Below are positions 1 through 8,470 of a stretch of 64,000 nt of DNA, piece by piece. This stretch comes from an uncultured Rhizobium sp. (lineage in GTDB: Bacteria; Bacteroidota; Bacteroidia; NS11-12g; UBA955). Positions within the stretch are counted from its first letter, which is position 1, and each line of letters starts with the position of its first letter. The notes beneath the pieces were generated by a model. It was not told the DNA's origin, did not search any database, and worked only from the letters and a program-made list of their open reading frames with translations. Location: positions 7,186 to 71,185 of the forward strand of contig CAYPBJ010000005.1 in the NCBI GenBank assembly GCA_964408945.1, in the 5' to 3' direction. Both the position numbers and the translations under genes were made by a program.

Positions 1-1132
1 TTTTAACCCATTTCTCTTGTGAACCATCTGTTTTAATGTATGGAACCATGTTGTTTCCAAAATGAAGTACAACCAAAGAAACGTTTTGCCTTTGGCTTTC
101 TTCGCTCAATAACGACGAGTTTATATTGTTCAGTCCGTCACCAGAATGACCTCTGATACCCATATTGTCAATTTGGATTCCTTTGGTTCCTGCATCTATT
201 GAATAGCCGTAAACCACCGGATTAATGGCCCTATATCTGAAGTTTATCTTACCAATTATAGGGGTATCAGTCACCACAAATTCTTGTAAAAACTTACTTC
301 TGATTGATTTCTTGGCCATTTTCCAAACAGAATCTTTGGGTCTTCTCCACTGCAATTCTGATAGAGAATCAGGTAAGGCCTGAATCAACAATTTTTGATA
401 TTTAACAGATTTGGTAATTTTTAAACCAAATCCCCTAAATTCATTGGGTTTAGTACTATTCGCAACAAATGCCTGTCCCGATGGACCAAACCATTTGAAT
501 TTCTTTTTATCTCTGAAACAATTCAGTTTTTTCCATTGGGAATTTTGCGATTCATCAATTTCCAATACCCCATATGTTGCTGGGTTTGACAAGGGAACGT
601 ATCCTATACCACTTCCACCGTATTGAGATTGGAAAATCCTACGAATCTCCGAAGTAATGCGATCACCTTCTATTTGAGAATCCCCGAAATACCAAATTCT
701 ACTTAATTCCTTTTGTGATTCAGATAACTTCTCAAAAAAAGTTTGCATGCTATTTTGACCTTCTTCTGTAAAAGCCAAAAACTTCAACGACTGAAGCATC
801 GAATCATACCTATTTTTATCTTGCTCACTTAACTTGACTTTAATCCAATGCTCAATGTGGAAGGGTTTACCACCGTAAACGCCGCCTTGTTCTACTACCA
901 CAGCTATTTGACTATCTTTAACCAAGGTTACCGTAGTTTTTTCAATAGATTTCGAACTATCCAAAGAAAAGTCAGATTCTGCCAAGAACCTGTTGAAATA
1001 AGGGCTGTCAAATTCCCAAGAGCCTAAAAGCCCAAATCTACTTGCACCAAGCAGCCCCAATAAGAACAAGCCCAGCGAAGCGGTAAAAATAATTATGGAT
1101 TTATTGTTTTCAGGCACCCTTTTTAGATACAA
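1..1132 (-). CDS. Membrane-anchored SGNH/GDSL-type hydrolase/acyltransferase (DltD/AlgJ-like role inferred); 3' end cut by the window edge
   Basis: My own translation of the minus strand is open from the window edge up to a stop just above 1132. It has no ATG start; candidates are TTG at 1132 or GTG at 1117, both overlapping the 3' end of the carrier-protein gene. The N-terminal hydrophobic anchor is IIIFTASLGLFLLGLLGA. SGNH block I is WYFGDSQIEGD, the Gly block is NMGIRGHSGDG, and block III is VVLHFGNN. It is absent from the ORF track because it is truncated. Confidence 0.6.
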   Translation of the reverse strand, partial: MYLKRVPENNKSIIIFTASLGLFLLGLLGASRFGLLGSWEFDSPYFNRFLAESDFSLDSSKSIEKTTVTLVKDSQIAVVVEQGGVYGGKPFHIEHWIKVKLSEQDKNRYDSMLQSLKFLAFTEEGQNSMQTFFEKLSESQKELSRIWYFGDSQIEGDRITSEIRRIFQSQYGGSGIGYVPLSNPATYGVLEIDESQNSQWKKLNCFRDKKKFKWFGPSGQAFVANSTKPNEFRGFGLKITKSVKYQKLLIQALPDSLSELQWRRPKDSVWKMAKKSIRSKFLQEFVVTDTPIIGKINFRYRAINPVVYGYSIDAGTKGIQIDNMGIRGHSGDGLNNINSSLLSEESQRQNVSLVVLHFGNNMVPYIKTDGSQEKWVK

Positions 1133-1355
1133 TTAAATCCATCATATCACCCACATTTTTCATGCCTATGAGCTCTTTCAATTTGAATTTAATCCCATAG
1201 AATTCTTCAACCTTTGCAATCATGCTCAAATGAGTGAGAGAGTCCCAACGATCAACCTTTTCAGCATTCAATTCTTCGGTGATTTCAATATTAGGCGTTG
1301 AAAAAACATCTTCAAAAATGCCCTTTAATTCTATTTTTATTTGTTCTTTATCCAT
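1110..1355 (-). CDS. Acyl/aminoacyl carrier protein (DltC-like, phosphopantetheine-binding)
   Basis: 81 aa and acidic. It carries a carrier-protein Ser motif (DRWDSLTHLSMI). Its start overlaps the GNAT stop by 8 nt. Confidence 0.8.
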   Translation of the reverse strand: MDKEQIKIELKGIFEDVFSTPNIEITEELNAEKVDRWDSLTHLSMIAKVEEFYGIKFKLKELIGMKNVGDMMDLIVSKKGA

Positions 1356-1974
1356 TTTTTATCATTTTTATTTTACAAGGACCCGATAACAATTGTAAAC
1401 GCTCAATTTGAGGCTCGCATTGTCTAATTTCCAATGAAAATCCGTTTTTTTCGTAAAGTTTTTTTGCAGGAACGTTGTTTTCCATCAACTGAATTTCAGA
1501 CATTTTGCCATCGCTCGCATAGTCAATCAATTGATTCATATAACCTTGTCCTCGGTGATTTTCCAATGTATAGAGATGCTCCAATTGCCAGGTTCCACTT
1601 TTTCGGGGGATGTTTACCCTCGATACCACCTCTAATTTATCTGTATTATTATGCCACTTTTCACCTAAAACAAATCCCAAACTTTGAGTCTTTAAAAGGT
1701 CAGAAGACATTCCCGCAGAACCCTCTTGCCAAGTGCAAAGTCCAGCAGCTATTTCTTTTGAATCATTTTCTAAAATATACCAAGAATTATAATCCCAAGG
1801 TTGCCCCTCAATTTCTTCTTCGAATATTTCTTGTAAAATGCCTTTAAATTCCATTTCAGATACATCAAATAAAACCCCATAAGGGAAAATATTCGATCCC
1901 GATTTTTCACTCTCTATGATGGCTTCCGCGATGAAGTCAAAATCAGATTTTGCGGCTTTTCTAATTGTTGGCAT
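1348..1974 (-). CDS. GNAT family acyltransferase
   Basis: 208 aa. It has an acetyl-CoA binding motif A-like HRGQGYMNQLIDYA and a C-terminal KLYEKNGF typical of GNAT folds. Confidence 0.7.
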   Translation of the reverse strand: MPTIRKAAKSDFDFIAEAIIESEKSGSNIFPYGVLFDVSEMEFKGILQEIFEEEIEGQPWDYNSWYILENDSKEIAAGLCTWQEGSAGMSSDLLKTQSLGFVLGEKWHNNTDKLEVVSRVNIPRKSGTWQLEHLYTLENHRGQGYMNQLIDYASDGKMSEIQLMENNVPAKKLYEKNGFSLEIRQCEPQIERLQLLSGPCKIKMIKNG

Positions 1975-1977
1975 TGT

Positions 1978-3438
1978 TTATTTATTCAATGAAGCGATCA
2001 ATTTTTTCTTATCAATTTTCCCATTATCATTCAAAGGGAATTCTTGTCTGATGTGAATTTCCTTGACTGCCATATAATCGGGGAGGAGTTCATTTAACGA
2101 TCTACGTTGGTTTTCTATGGATGCATTTAAATATTCACTTGTCGAGTCTTGAATAAATAAATGCAATTCACTTCCAGTTTCTTGACTAATAGCAACTGCT
2201 TTACAATTGCAATTGACAAATACTTGACTACCTGCAAACTCCAATTCTGATAATTCAATTCTGTAGCCCTGAATTTTCACTTGATCATCCATCCGTCCAT
2301 GGCAATAAAAAAAGGACCCATCTTTTACACCAATGTCTCCGCTTTTATAAAACCAAATACCTTCGCCAGATTCAAAAAATTTAGAGGCCTGTTCTGTTGT
2401 CGCATTTAAATAACCTCTAGTGGTTTGTAAACCACCTAAGCAAAGTTCTTGATCTTCATTGATGATGAATTGAACGGTTTTCATGGGTTCGCCAATGCAA
2501 ACCACTCCATTCTGATGAAGAAGTTCCCTGTCTATCGTAGGGTGATGAGCCGTATATCTGCTGCAATAGATCGTAGCTTCCGTAGGACCGTATACATTAT
2601 CAATCTGACAATGGGGCACGCACGACTTCCAAACGGCGAGTTGATTGATCCTAAAAGCCTCTCCGCAAAATTGAGTCACTTTTAAATGAGGTAATTCAAT
2701 ATCATCAGCATAAGGCGCTAACATCTCCACCGCCGATGGAACCATCAATGCGAAGCTTATATCTTGAGATTCTAAAGTATCATATAATGCAAGCGGTTTG
2801 ATTAAACTCTGATTCAATGTGTGAAAACTGCCCCCCAACAAAGCAGGAACAGTAAAACTCATTACCGATAAATCAAAAGTTAATTCAAACATTTGTAAAA
2901 ATCGGTCACTTGAGTCTAACATATAACTCAATTCAAAAAATCCGTCTAAAAAGGACTGTAAATTTCGCCATGAAATAGGAACGCCCTTTGGTTTTCCGGT
3001 AGTACCCGATGTAAACAATACATAAGCATCACTGGAATCATTTACTAAAGTCAAAGAACCATTTAGACGGCTCTCAACCAATTGTTTTTTGATACTTACC
3101 AATTGAAAATTTTCACCCAAATTGCCTCCATGTGAATCATATACCTGCTCAATCTGCGATGATTCTATGATATCGCTGAGTCTTTGATTCGGATAATTTG
3201 GTTGCAAAGGCACATAGCCTTTCCCACTCATCCAACAGGTTATAATGGCAGCATAGGTTTCAAAATCATTTCTGATAACCACGCCCAATCGTGAATTTGG
3301 TTGTCGCTGAAAATTTTCAATATGATGGGCTACGAATTCTTGCAGCTGTTTCCAACTGTAATCAACTCCACCAATGCTGCAAAACAACCCTTGGGGTTGA
3401 AGTATATTGTTCCATATTTGATTTCGGAACTGGGCCAT
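1978..3438 (-). CDS. Stand-alone adenylation-domain (AMP-dependent) ligase, DltA/NRPS A-domain-like
   Basis: 486 aa with the A-domain core motifs LFTSGTTGKPKGV, YGPTE, YKSGD, GRMDDQVKIQGYRIEL, LPDYMAV and NGKIDKKKL. Its ATG overlaps the gatB TAA stop (TAATG). Confidence 0.85.
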   Translation of the reverse strand: MAQFRNQIWNNILQPQGLFCSIGGVDYSWKQLQEFVAHHIENFQRQPNSRLGVVIRNDFETYAAIITCWMSGKGYVPLQPNYPNQRLSDIIESSQIEQVYDSHGGNLGENFQLVSIKKQLVESRLNGSLTLVNDSSDAYVLFTSGTTGKPKGVPISWRNLQSFLDGFFELSYMLDSSDRFLQMFELTFDLSVMSFTVPALLGGSFHTLNQSLIKPLALYDTLESQDISFALMVPSAVEMLAPYADDIELPHLKVTQFCGEAFRINQLAVWKSCVPHCQIDNVYGPTEATIYCSRYTAHHPTIDRELLHQNGVVCIGEPMKTVQFIINEDQELCLGGLQTTRGYLNATTEQASKFFESGEGIWFYKSGDIGVKDGSFFYCHGRMDDQVKIQGYRIELSELEFAGSQVFVNCNCKAVAISQETGSELHLFIQDSTSEYLNASIENQRRSLNELLPDYMAVKEIHIRQEFPLNDNGKIDKKKLIASLNK

Positions 3439-4886
3439 TATCCCAATTTATTAGATACCAATTGATTGGTTATTTTTGGGTCAGCTTTACCTTTTGAACG
3501 CTTCATAACTTCCCCAACAAACATACCCAATAACCCTTTTTTACCTGATTGATATTCTTGAACTTTTTCAGGAAACTCTGCCAAAACTTGATCAACCAAT
3601 TCTTCAATGAAAACAGAATCAGAATTGGTGCTTAAGTTGAGTTCATCTACCAAAGATTTTGCTGTTTTTGTTGGATGTTTAATCAGCTCTGGAAACAATT
3701 TTTGTGAAGCAATACTATGGGTAATCAAACCAGAATCAATCAATGAAATAATTTCGGTAATTTGTTCTGGATCTAACGGAAATTCTTGAATGGTCAAGGC
3801 ATTCTCATTCAAATAACCTCTAATAGTAACGGTTACCCAATTAGAAATAGCCTTATAGTTCTGACTCAACGAAGCCATCTTCTCAAAATACAACGCCGAA
3901 AATTTATCATCAACCAACACAGATGCATCGTATTCACTGAGCCCATAGGTATTTGTAAATCGATCAAATAATACCCTGGGTAGTTCAGGCATTTTACTTT
4001 TAACATCAGCCAGCATTTCATCTGTAACAAGGGTAGGAGGCAAGTCTGGTTCCGGGAAATAACGATAATCATTTACCGCCTCTTTTTTTCTCATAGAAAA
4101 TGTAGTGCCAGCTAGTCCATTAAATCCACGTGTTTCTCCATCCACCTTGCCGCCTGATTGAATGAGTTCTATTTGACGTTGAATTTCAAAATCAATGGCC
4201 CTTTTCACATTGGAAATGGAGTTCATGTTTTTAATTTCCACTTTTGTTCCAAAAGTTTTAGATCCTTTAGGCATGACAGAGATATTGGCATCGCAACGCA
4301 AACTACCTTCTTCCATGTTTCCATCACAAATGTCTAGGTAACGCACCAATCGGCGAATCTCGGTTACGAACGCATATGCCTCGTCTCCGCTTTTGATATC
4401 AGGTTCACTCACTACTTCAATCAAAGGAGTACCCGCACGATTGTAATCAACCAAGGTGTCATACATATCTTGATCGTGCATGCTTTTCCCTGTGTCTTCT
4501 TCCATGTGAATTCGGGTAAGTCTGATGTTCTTTTCAGTACCGTCTTTTAATTTTATGGGCACAACTCCTCCCGTGCAGAGAGGGGTATCAAATTGGGTAA
4601 TTTGATACCCTTTGGGTAAGTCAGCATAGAAGTAATTTTTGCGAGAATATCTATTTACACGGGTAATATCACAATTTAGAGCAATTCCCATTTTCATTGA
4701 CATTTCAATAGCGCCATGATTGTGCATGGGCAAGGCACCGGGATGCCCCAAACTGATAGGACTAACCTGGGTGTTGGGCATACCACCGTATTCGGTAGAA
4801 TCGCCTGAAAATGCCTTACTCAAGGTTTGTAATTGGATGTGTATTTCTAAACCAATAACAGCTTCAAAATCTTTATGAAAATCCAT
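3438..4886 (-). CDS. gatB: Asp-tRNA(Asn)/Glu-tRNA(Gln) amidotransferase subunit B
   Basis: Canonical GatB N-terminus FEAVIGLEIHIQL plus a C-terminal YqeY-like tail. The start is trimmed to Met38 of the track ORF (MDFHKDFEAV), because the longer ORF would run into the rnpB promoter and 5' end. Confidence 0.93.
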   Translation of the reverse strand: MDFHKDFEAVIGLEIHIQLQTLSKAFSGDSTEYGGMPNTQVSPISLGHPGALPMHNHGAIEMSMKMGIALNCDITRVNRYSRKNYFYADLPKGYQITQFDTPLCTGGVVPIKLKDGTEKNIRLTRIHMEEDTGKSMHDQDMYDTLVDYNRAGTPLIEVVSEPDIKSGDEAYAFVTEIRRLVRYLDICDGNMEEGSLRCDANISVMPKGSKTFGTKVEIKNMNSISNVKRAIDFEIQRQIELIQSGGKVDGETRGFNGLAGTTFSMRKKEAVNDYRYFPEPDLPPTLVTDEMLADVKSKMPELPRVLFDRFTNTYGLSEYDASVLVDDKFSALYFEKMASLSQNYKAISNWVTVTIRGYLNENALTIQEFPLDPEQITEIISLIDSGLITHSIASQKLFPELIKHPTKTAKSLVDELNLSTNSDSVFIEELVDQVLAEFPEKVQEYQSGKKGLLGMFVGEVMKRSKGKADPKITNQLVSNKLG

Positions 4887-4894
4887 GCTTAGCA

Positions 4895-4902
4895 CAAAGA
4901 TA
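4895..4902 (-). promoter_or_regulatory. Candidate Bacteroidota -7 promoter element (TATCTTTG) for gatB
   Basis: The minus strand reads TATCTTTG, 8 nt upstream of the gatB ATG. No clear -33 TTTG was found. Confidence 0.3.
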
Positions 4903-4963
4903 AAACGCACATCCCACTTAATGAACTTCAATTCCGGAAACTTGTACCCAAAGAACAAATAAA

Positions 4964-4992
4964 TTGAAACCGTATAAATTGTTTTACCTTTG
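4964..4992 (+). promoter_or_regulatory. Candidate promoter of rnpB (-33 TTG, -7 TACCTTTG)
   Basis: TACCTTTG at 4985-4992 matches the TAnnTTTG consensus. A TTG lies 18 nt upstream, and the RNA 5' end follows about 5 nt downstream. Confidence 0.45.
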
Positions 4993-4996
4993 CACA

Positions 4997-5384
4997 AAGG
5001 CAGTTCGTTCTATCGATCCATGAAAATGGGTAGGAAAGTCCGGGCAACGCAGGGCGCCGCACTTCCTAACAGGAAGGAAATTTCATCACTTCGGTGATGA
5101 AGTTGACAGCAAGTGTCACAGAAAGCTATACCGCCCATAAAGTTCTCTTTTTGGGTAAGGGTGAAAAAGTGGGGTAAGAGCCCACTCGTTCTAGCGTGAG
5201 CTAGAATTGGGACAAACCTTGCGGGTTGAAAGACCAAATATATCCGGATTAAAGAGCGGCCCGCTCAATAGCTTGCTAGCCGGAAGGGTAGGTCGATGGA
5301 GATACGCCGTGAGGCATATCCAAGATTAATGATAGAAAGCACGGCAAAACCGTGTCTACAGAACCCGGCTTACAGAACTGCCTT
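4997..5384 (+). ncRNA. rnpB: RNase P RNA, bacterial type A
   Basis: Universally conserved segments are present: GGAAAGUCCGGGC (P4 5' strand), GGGUAAGAGCCCAC and ACAGAACCCGGCUUA (P4 3' strand). The terminal P1 helix pairs aaggcagttc (4997-5006) with gaactgcctt (5375-5384) and is followed by a T-rich run. Confidence 0.92.
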
Positions 5385-5420
5385 TTGTTTTTGAAATATT
5401 TAAAAAAAATAAAAAAAGAC

Positions 5421-5452
5421 TTGCAAAAACACACATTTGTGTTGTACATTTG
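5421..5452 (+). promoter_or_regulatory. Candidate promoter of tRNA-Gly (-33 TTG, -7 TACATTTG)
   Basis: TACATTTG at 5445-5452 matches TAnnTTTG. A TTG at 5421-5423 lies 21 nt upstream, and the tRNA starts at 5476. Confidence 0.5.
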
Positions 5453-5475
5453 CACCACTCTAAAACAGAGTACAA

Positions 5476-5548
5476 GCGAGAATAGCTCAGTTGGTAGAGC
5501 ACAACCTTGCCAAGGTTGGGGTCGCGAGTTCGAGTCTCGTTTCTCGCT
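5476..5548 (+). tRNA. tRNA-Gly (anticodon GCC)
   Basis: A perfect 7-bp acceptor stem (GCGAGAA/TTCTCGC), D arm GCTC/GAGC, anticodon stem CAACC/GGTTG with loop TTGCCAA, and T arm GCGAG TTCGAGT CTCGT. The 3' CCA is not encoded (TCA follows). Confidence 0.95.
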
Positions 5549-5558
5549 CAAAATTGAA

Positions 5559-5587
5559 AGCCGAACTCATTTAGTTCGGCTTTTTTT
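5559..5587 (+). terminator. Rho-independent terminator after tRNA-Gly
   Basis: Hairpin agccgaac / gttcggct followed by a T7 run. Confidence 0.8.
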
Positions 5588-5613
5588 ATTCCCCATTTTT
5601 CATCATTAAACCA

Positions 5614-5642
5614 TAAAAAAAGCCTCGTTGTAAAACGAGGCT
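5614..5642 (-). terminator. Rho-independent terminator after gldJ
   Basis: Hairpin agcctcg / cgaggct with an A-run on the plus strand, which is a T-run on the minus strand. It lies 24 nt below the gldJ stop. Confidence 0.75.
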
Positions 5643-5665
5643 TTTCACTATTTTAGAACTATTGC

Positions 5666-7360
5666 TTATTGAGCAATTTTCATTCTTTTAGTTTTCTTGT
5701 CAATTCCACTTGATGGCAACTTGTTGTATTTCTTCTTAGCGTTACCAACAGGTGAACCCACTCTAATCATGGCACAACGGAAACCAAGGTAAGAAGCAGC
5801 TTGGTCTTGATCCAAGAAACGACGCGTACCAGGACTTGCATTGTAAACACGATCCGTCCAGTTACCACCTTTGATTACACGAGCTTTATCGTTTATCAAT
5901 GAAGCTACTCCGTATTCATAAATCAAATCTGGTTCTTCAACACCTGCTTGTACATCTTTGAAACCAATATTGTCAGCCTGTGAGTAGTTTCTTCTTCCAC
6001 CTTTAGAAATAGAAGTTTTAACTACGTCTTGATATTTGATACGTCCTAAGTCGTCCTTATCAGCTAAACCTGCAGGACCATTAGGGTCTAAAACCACTTG
6101 CTCAAATTTATTACCACGGAAAGGCATAAATGCATCCATATCTTCAAGTGATAATGGACGATAAACATCCTTAACCCACTCAGAAACGTTACCATCCATG
6201 TTGTACAAACCAAATGAGTTTGGCCAATAGGAATGAACAGGAGTAGTGATCATACCGGCATCATTTAAGTTACCGCTGGCTATACCTGCATAATCTCCTT
6301 TACCTCTCATAACGTTCATTCTGATCTTACCACGATCTGCTTCGCGACCGTTTTTGATACGAATGGTGTAATCGTTCCAAGAATAAACTTTATTTTGCTC
6401 AATATTATCAAATTGAGTTTCTCCGATAGCAGCTTTTGCGGCATATTCCCACTCAGCTTCAGTTGGCAATCTGTAATCAGGCAATAAAATACCGTCTTCC
6501 ATATTTACCTTGTAACGCTTTTGACTCTTGCGTTTTGCTTTAGAGTAGTCACGCAAAGGCTTTTTACCCAACATATTACCAGCTGTAGGTTTGGTATTAA
6601 CGGCTCCAGAAGCATCTACACCACTAAATACACCGTTATCTTGACCAGAAAGGTAAGCACGGGTATTGAATGTGTTAAATGGATCGTTCAAAATAGCTTG
6701 GTTACCAACGTTCAATTCAATAATTCTTTCACGATCAAGAATGTACTCGTTAACACGATCTGTTCTCCAACGGGCGAATTCTGTTGCTTGGTGCCAGTTT
6801 ACACCTACTACAGGATAATCTTTGTAGGAAGGATGTCTGAAATAATACTCAACAAACGGTTCATTGTAGCCTAATTTACTTCTCCAAGAATTGGTGTCAG
6901 GTAAAATTTTGGTATAAAGCAATCCGTTTGCAGCAGGATCATTAGGGTCAACCTTTACACCTGCAAATTCGTGCTCAGACTGTAAACCGCTGTTGTTAGC
7001 ATTGAAAGTTCTTTGAAACCAATACACGAATTCACGGTATTGTAGGTTACTAACCTCAGTTTCATCCATATAGAATGAATGAACGGTTACAGTCCTTTCA
7101 GCATTGTTGTTTTCATAACGAAGATCAGTCTCAACATTACCCATGTTAAATGCACCACCTTCAATTAACACCAATCCCGGTCCAGTTTCTTGTCCTTTGT
7201 ATTTTGGATTGGCAAAGCCACCCCACTTAGGATCATTGTAACCTTGACCGGTAGTTGCACTCTTACGATTTGGTCCTGCAGGACTACAAGCCGAAAAAAT
7301 GCCTGCAACAATTGCTGCAGATAGAATATAGCTCGGTTTCATTTTAAATTTTCTATTCAT
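5666..7360 (-). CDS. gldJ: Gliding motility lipoprotein GldJ (FGE-sulfatase/SUMF1-like fold)
   Basis: About 560 aa. Lipoprotein signal MNRKFKMKPSYILSAAIVAGIFSAC. FGE-sulfatase-type segments include YRLPTEAEWEYAA, GNVSEWV and GFRCA. Synteny with porU-porV matches Flavobacterium. The start is taken at the ATG of Met6; the track start is a TTG. Confidence 0.85.
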   Translation of the reverse strand: MNRKFKMKPSYILSAAIVAGIFSACSPAGPNRKSATTGQGYNDPKWGGFANPKYKGQETGPGLVLIEGGAFNMGNVETDLRYENNNAERTVTVHSFYMDETEVSNLQYREFVYWFQRTFNANNSGLQSEHEFAGVKVDPNDPAANGLLYTKILPDTNSWRSKLGYNEPFVEYYFRHPSYKDYPVVGVNWHQATEFARWRTDRVNEYILDRERIIELNVGNQAILNDPFNTFNTRAYLSGQDNGVFSGVDASGAVNTKPTAGNMLGKKPLRDYSKAKRKSQKRYKVNMEDGILLPDYRLPTEAEWEYAAKAAIGETQFDNIEQNKVYSWNDYTIRIKNGREADRGKIRMNVMRGKGDYAGIASGNLNDAGMITTPVHSYWPNSFGLYNMDGNVSEWVKDVYRPLSLEDMDAFMPFRGNKFEQVVLDPNGPAGLADKDDLGRIKYQDVVKTSISKGGRRNYSQADNIGFKDVQAGVEEPDLIYEYGVASLINDKARVIKGGNWTDRVYNASPGTRRFLDQDQAASYLGFRCAMIRVGSPVGNAKKKYNKLPSSGIDKKTKRMKIAQ

Positions 7361-7400
7361 TTTGAGTGAAATCAATAACGCAAATTTGATTTGAATATTG

Positions 7401-7408
7401 CAAACTTA
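7401..7408 (-). promoter_or_regulatory. Candidate -7 promoter element (TAAGTTTG) upstream of gldJ
   Basis: The minus strand reads TAAGTTTG, 40 nt upstream of the ATG. The -33 spacing is poor. Confidence 0.25.
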
Positions 7409-7462
7409 TGATTTTTTCAACAATTTTCCTCTAACCTTAACTCTAACTTAAACTTTCTGTGT

Positions 7463-8470
7463 TTAGAATTCAGGACATTTTAATGGTTTGAATGGCTTTG
7501 ATCCCGGAGGTACACACCAATCAATGGTTGCGCTAACCTCGTGACTTGAAGGAATGGCTGTTCTACCATCACTCACTGTAAAGTCATAACTGTAACCAAA
7601 TTTAAATCTATCCTTTCTAAATCCAACCAACATAATAATGGCGTCAGATGTTTTGAAGTTTCCAAAAGTTTGACGGAACCACAAACCTGTTACTAATGGA
7701 CCTTTATTTACATAGAATCCCATGTTCAATTGGGTGAAATTTCTCTGCATCATAAATAATGCATTAGGAGAGATTGTGTTCTTTTCGTATCTAGATTTTG
7801 ACAATTTGATAACGGCACCACCATGCACGGTATATCTCATTGGTAAAACTTCATCAGGATTGTTGTAAAAACTCCAAGTTGGTTCGATAATGTTGTGTGC
7901 AGCAAAACCTCCATAGAAAGTACTGTTGTACAAAACTGCCCCAGCGTTGAAATTAGGATAGGTAACGCTACTTTGTGGCTTTTGCTCACCCGTAGGTAAT
8001 GCGAATCCTTGAGTTGGTAAAATTTGATCGCCGAATTTTAAACGATTGAAATCTAAACTTCTGAATGTCACAGAACCTTGTAATCCCAATCTTAAAAAAG
8101 CCCTATTTCTTCCATTACCTAGAGGTAATAAGTATGAATAAACTCCGCTTATGCTTGTTGATGTTAATAAACCTGATCCTGCAACGTCATGAAAAATCAT
8201 GGCTCCAACTCCTCCGCCTACTGCAGGGATGTGTTGGTCCCATGATGCACACAATGATCTAAAAGTACCAGGTAGACTTGGCCATTGATTTCTGTAATTC
8301 AACGACATGCGTCCTGCAGCACCAGCGTCACAAACAGCTGAACCAGCCAATGCTGGATTAGTGTAAACGGGAGCTGCATAAAATTGAGTGAGTTCAGGAT
8401 CTTGAGCTTTCAAAGTTCCTACAGTCAACGCCAATATGCTAAAAAAACTCTTGCGTAATGTAATTTTCAT
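7463..8470 (-). CDS. PorP/SprF family type IX secretion system outer-membrane protein
   Basis: 335 aa. A signal peptide ends in LKAQD, followed by the family N-terminal signature DPELTQFYAAPVYTNPALAG. The rest of the sequence is beta-barrel-like and aromatic-rich. Confidence 0.8.
   Translation of the reverse strand: MKITLRKSFFSILALTVGTLKAQDPELTQFYAAPVYTNPALAGSAVCDAGAAGRMSLNYRNQWPSLPGTFRSLCASWDQHIPAVGGGVGAMIFHDVAGSGLLTSTSISGVYSYLLPLGNGRNRAFLRLGLQGSVTFRSLDFNRLKFGDQILPTQGFALPTGEQKPQSSVTYPNFNAGAVLYNSTFYGGFAAHNIIEPTWSFYNNPDEVLPMRYTVHGGAVIKLSKSRYEKNTISPNALFMMQRNFTQLNMGFYVNKGPLVTGLWFRQTFGNFKTSDAIIMLVGFRKDRFKFGYSYDFTVSDGRTAIPSSHEVSATIDWCVPPGSKPFKPLKCPEF

Noticed and set aside
4887-4997. A 37-codon N-terminal extension of gatB (the MCKGKTIYTV... 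hydrophobic leader).
   Set aside because: The conserved GatB N-terminus begins at Met38. The extension would overlap the rnpB promoter and 5' end and contains the gatB -7 element.
5010-5609. Three ORFs in the track (5010-5237 minus, 5276-5551 minus, 5352-5609 plus) that might be small proteins.
   Set aside because: They lie entirely within or antisense to the RNase P RNA and tRNA-Gly genes and their terminator. The RNA assignments explain the region fully.
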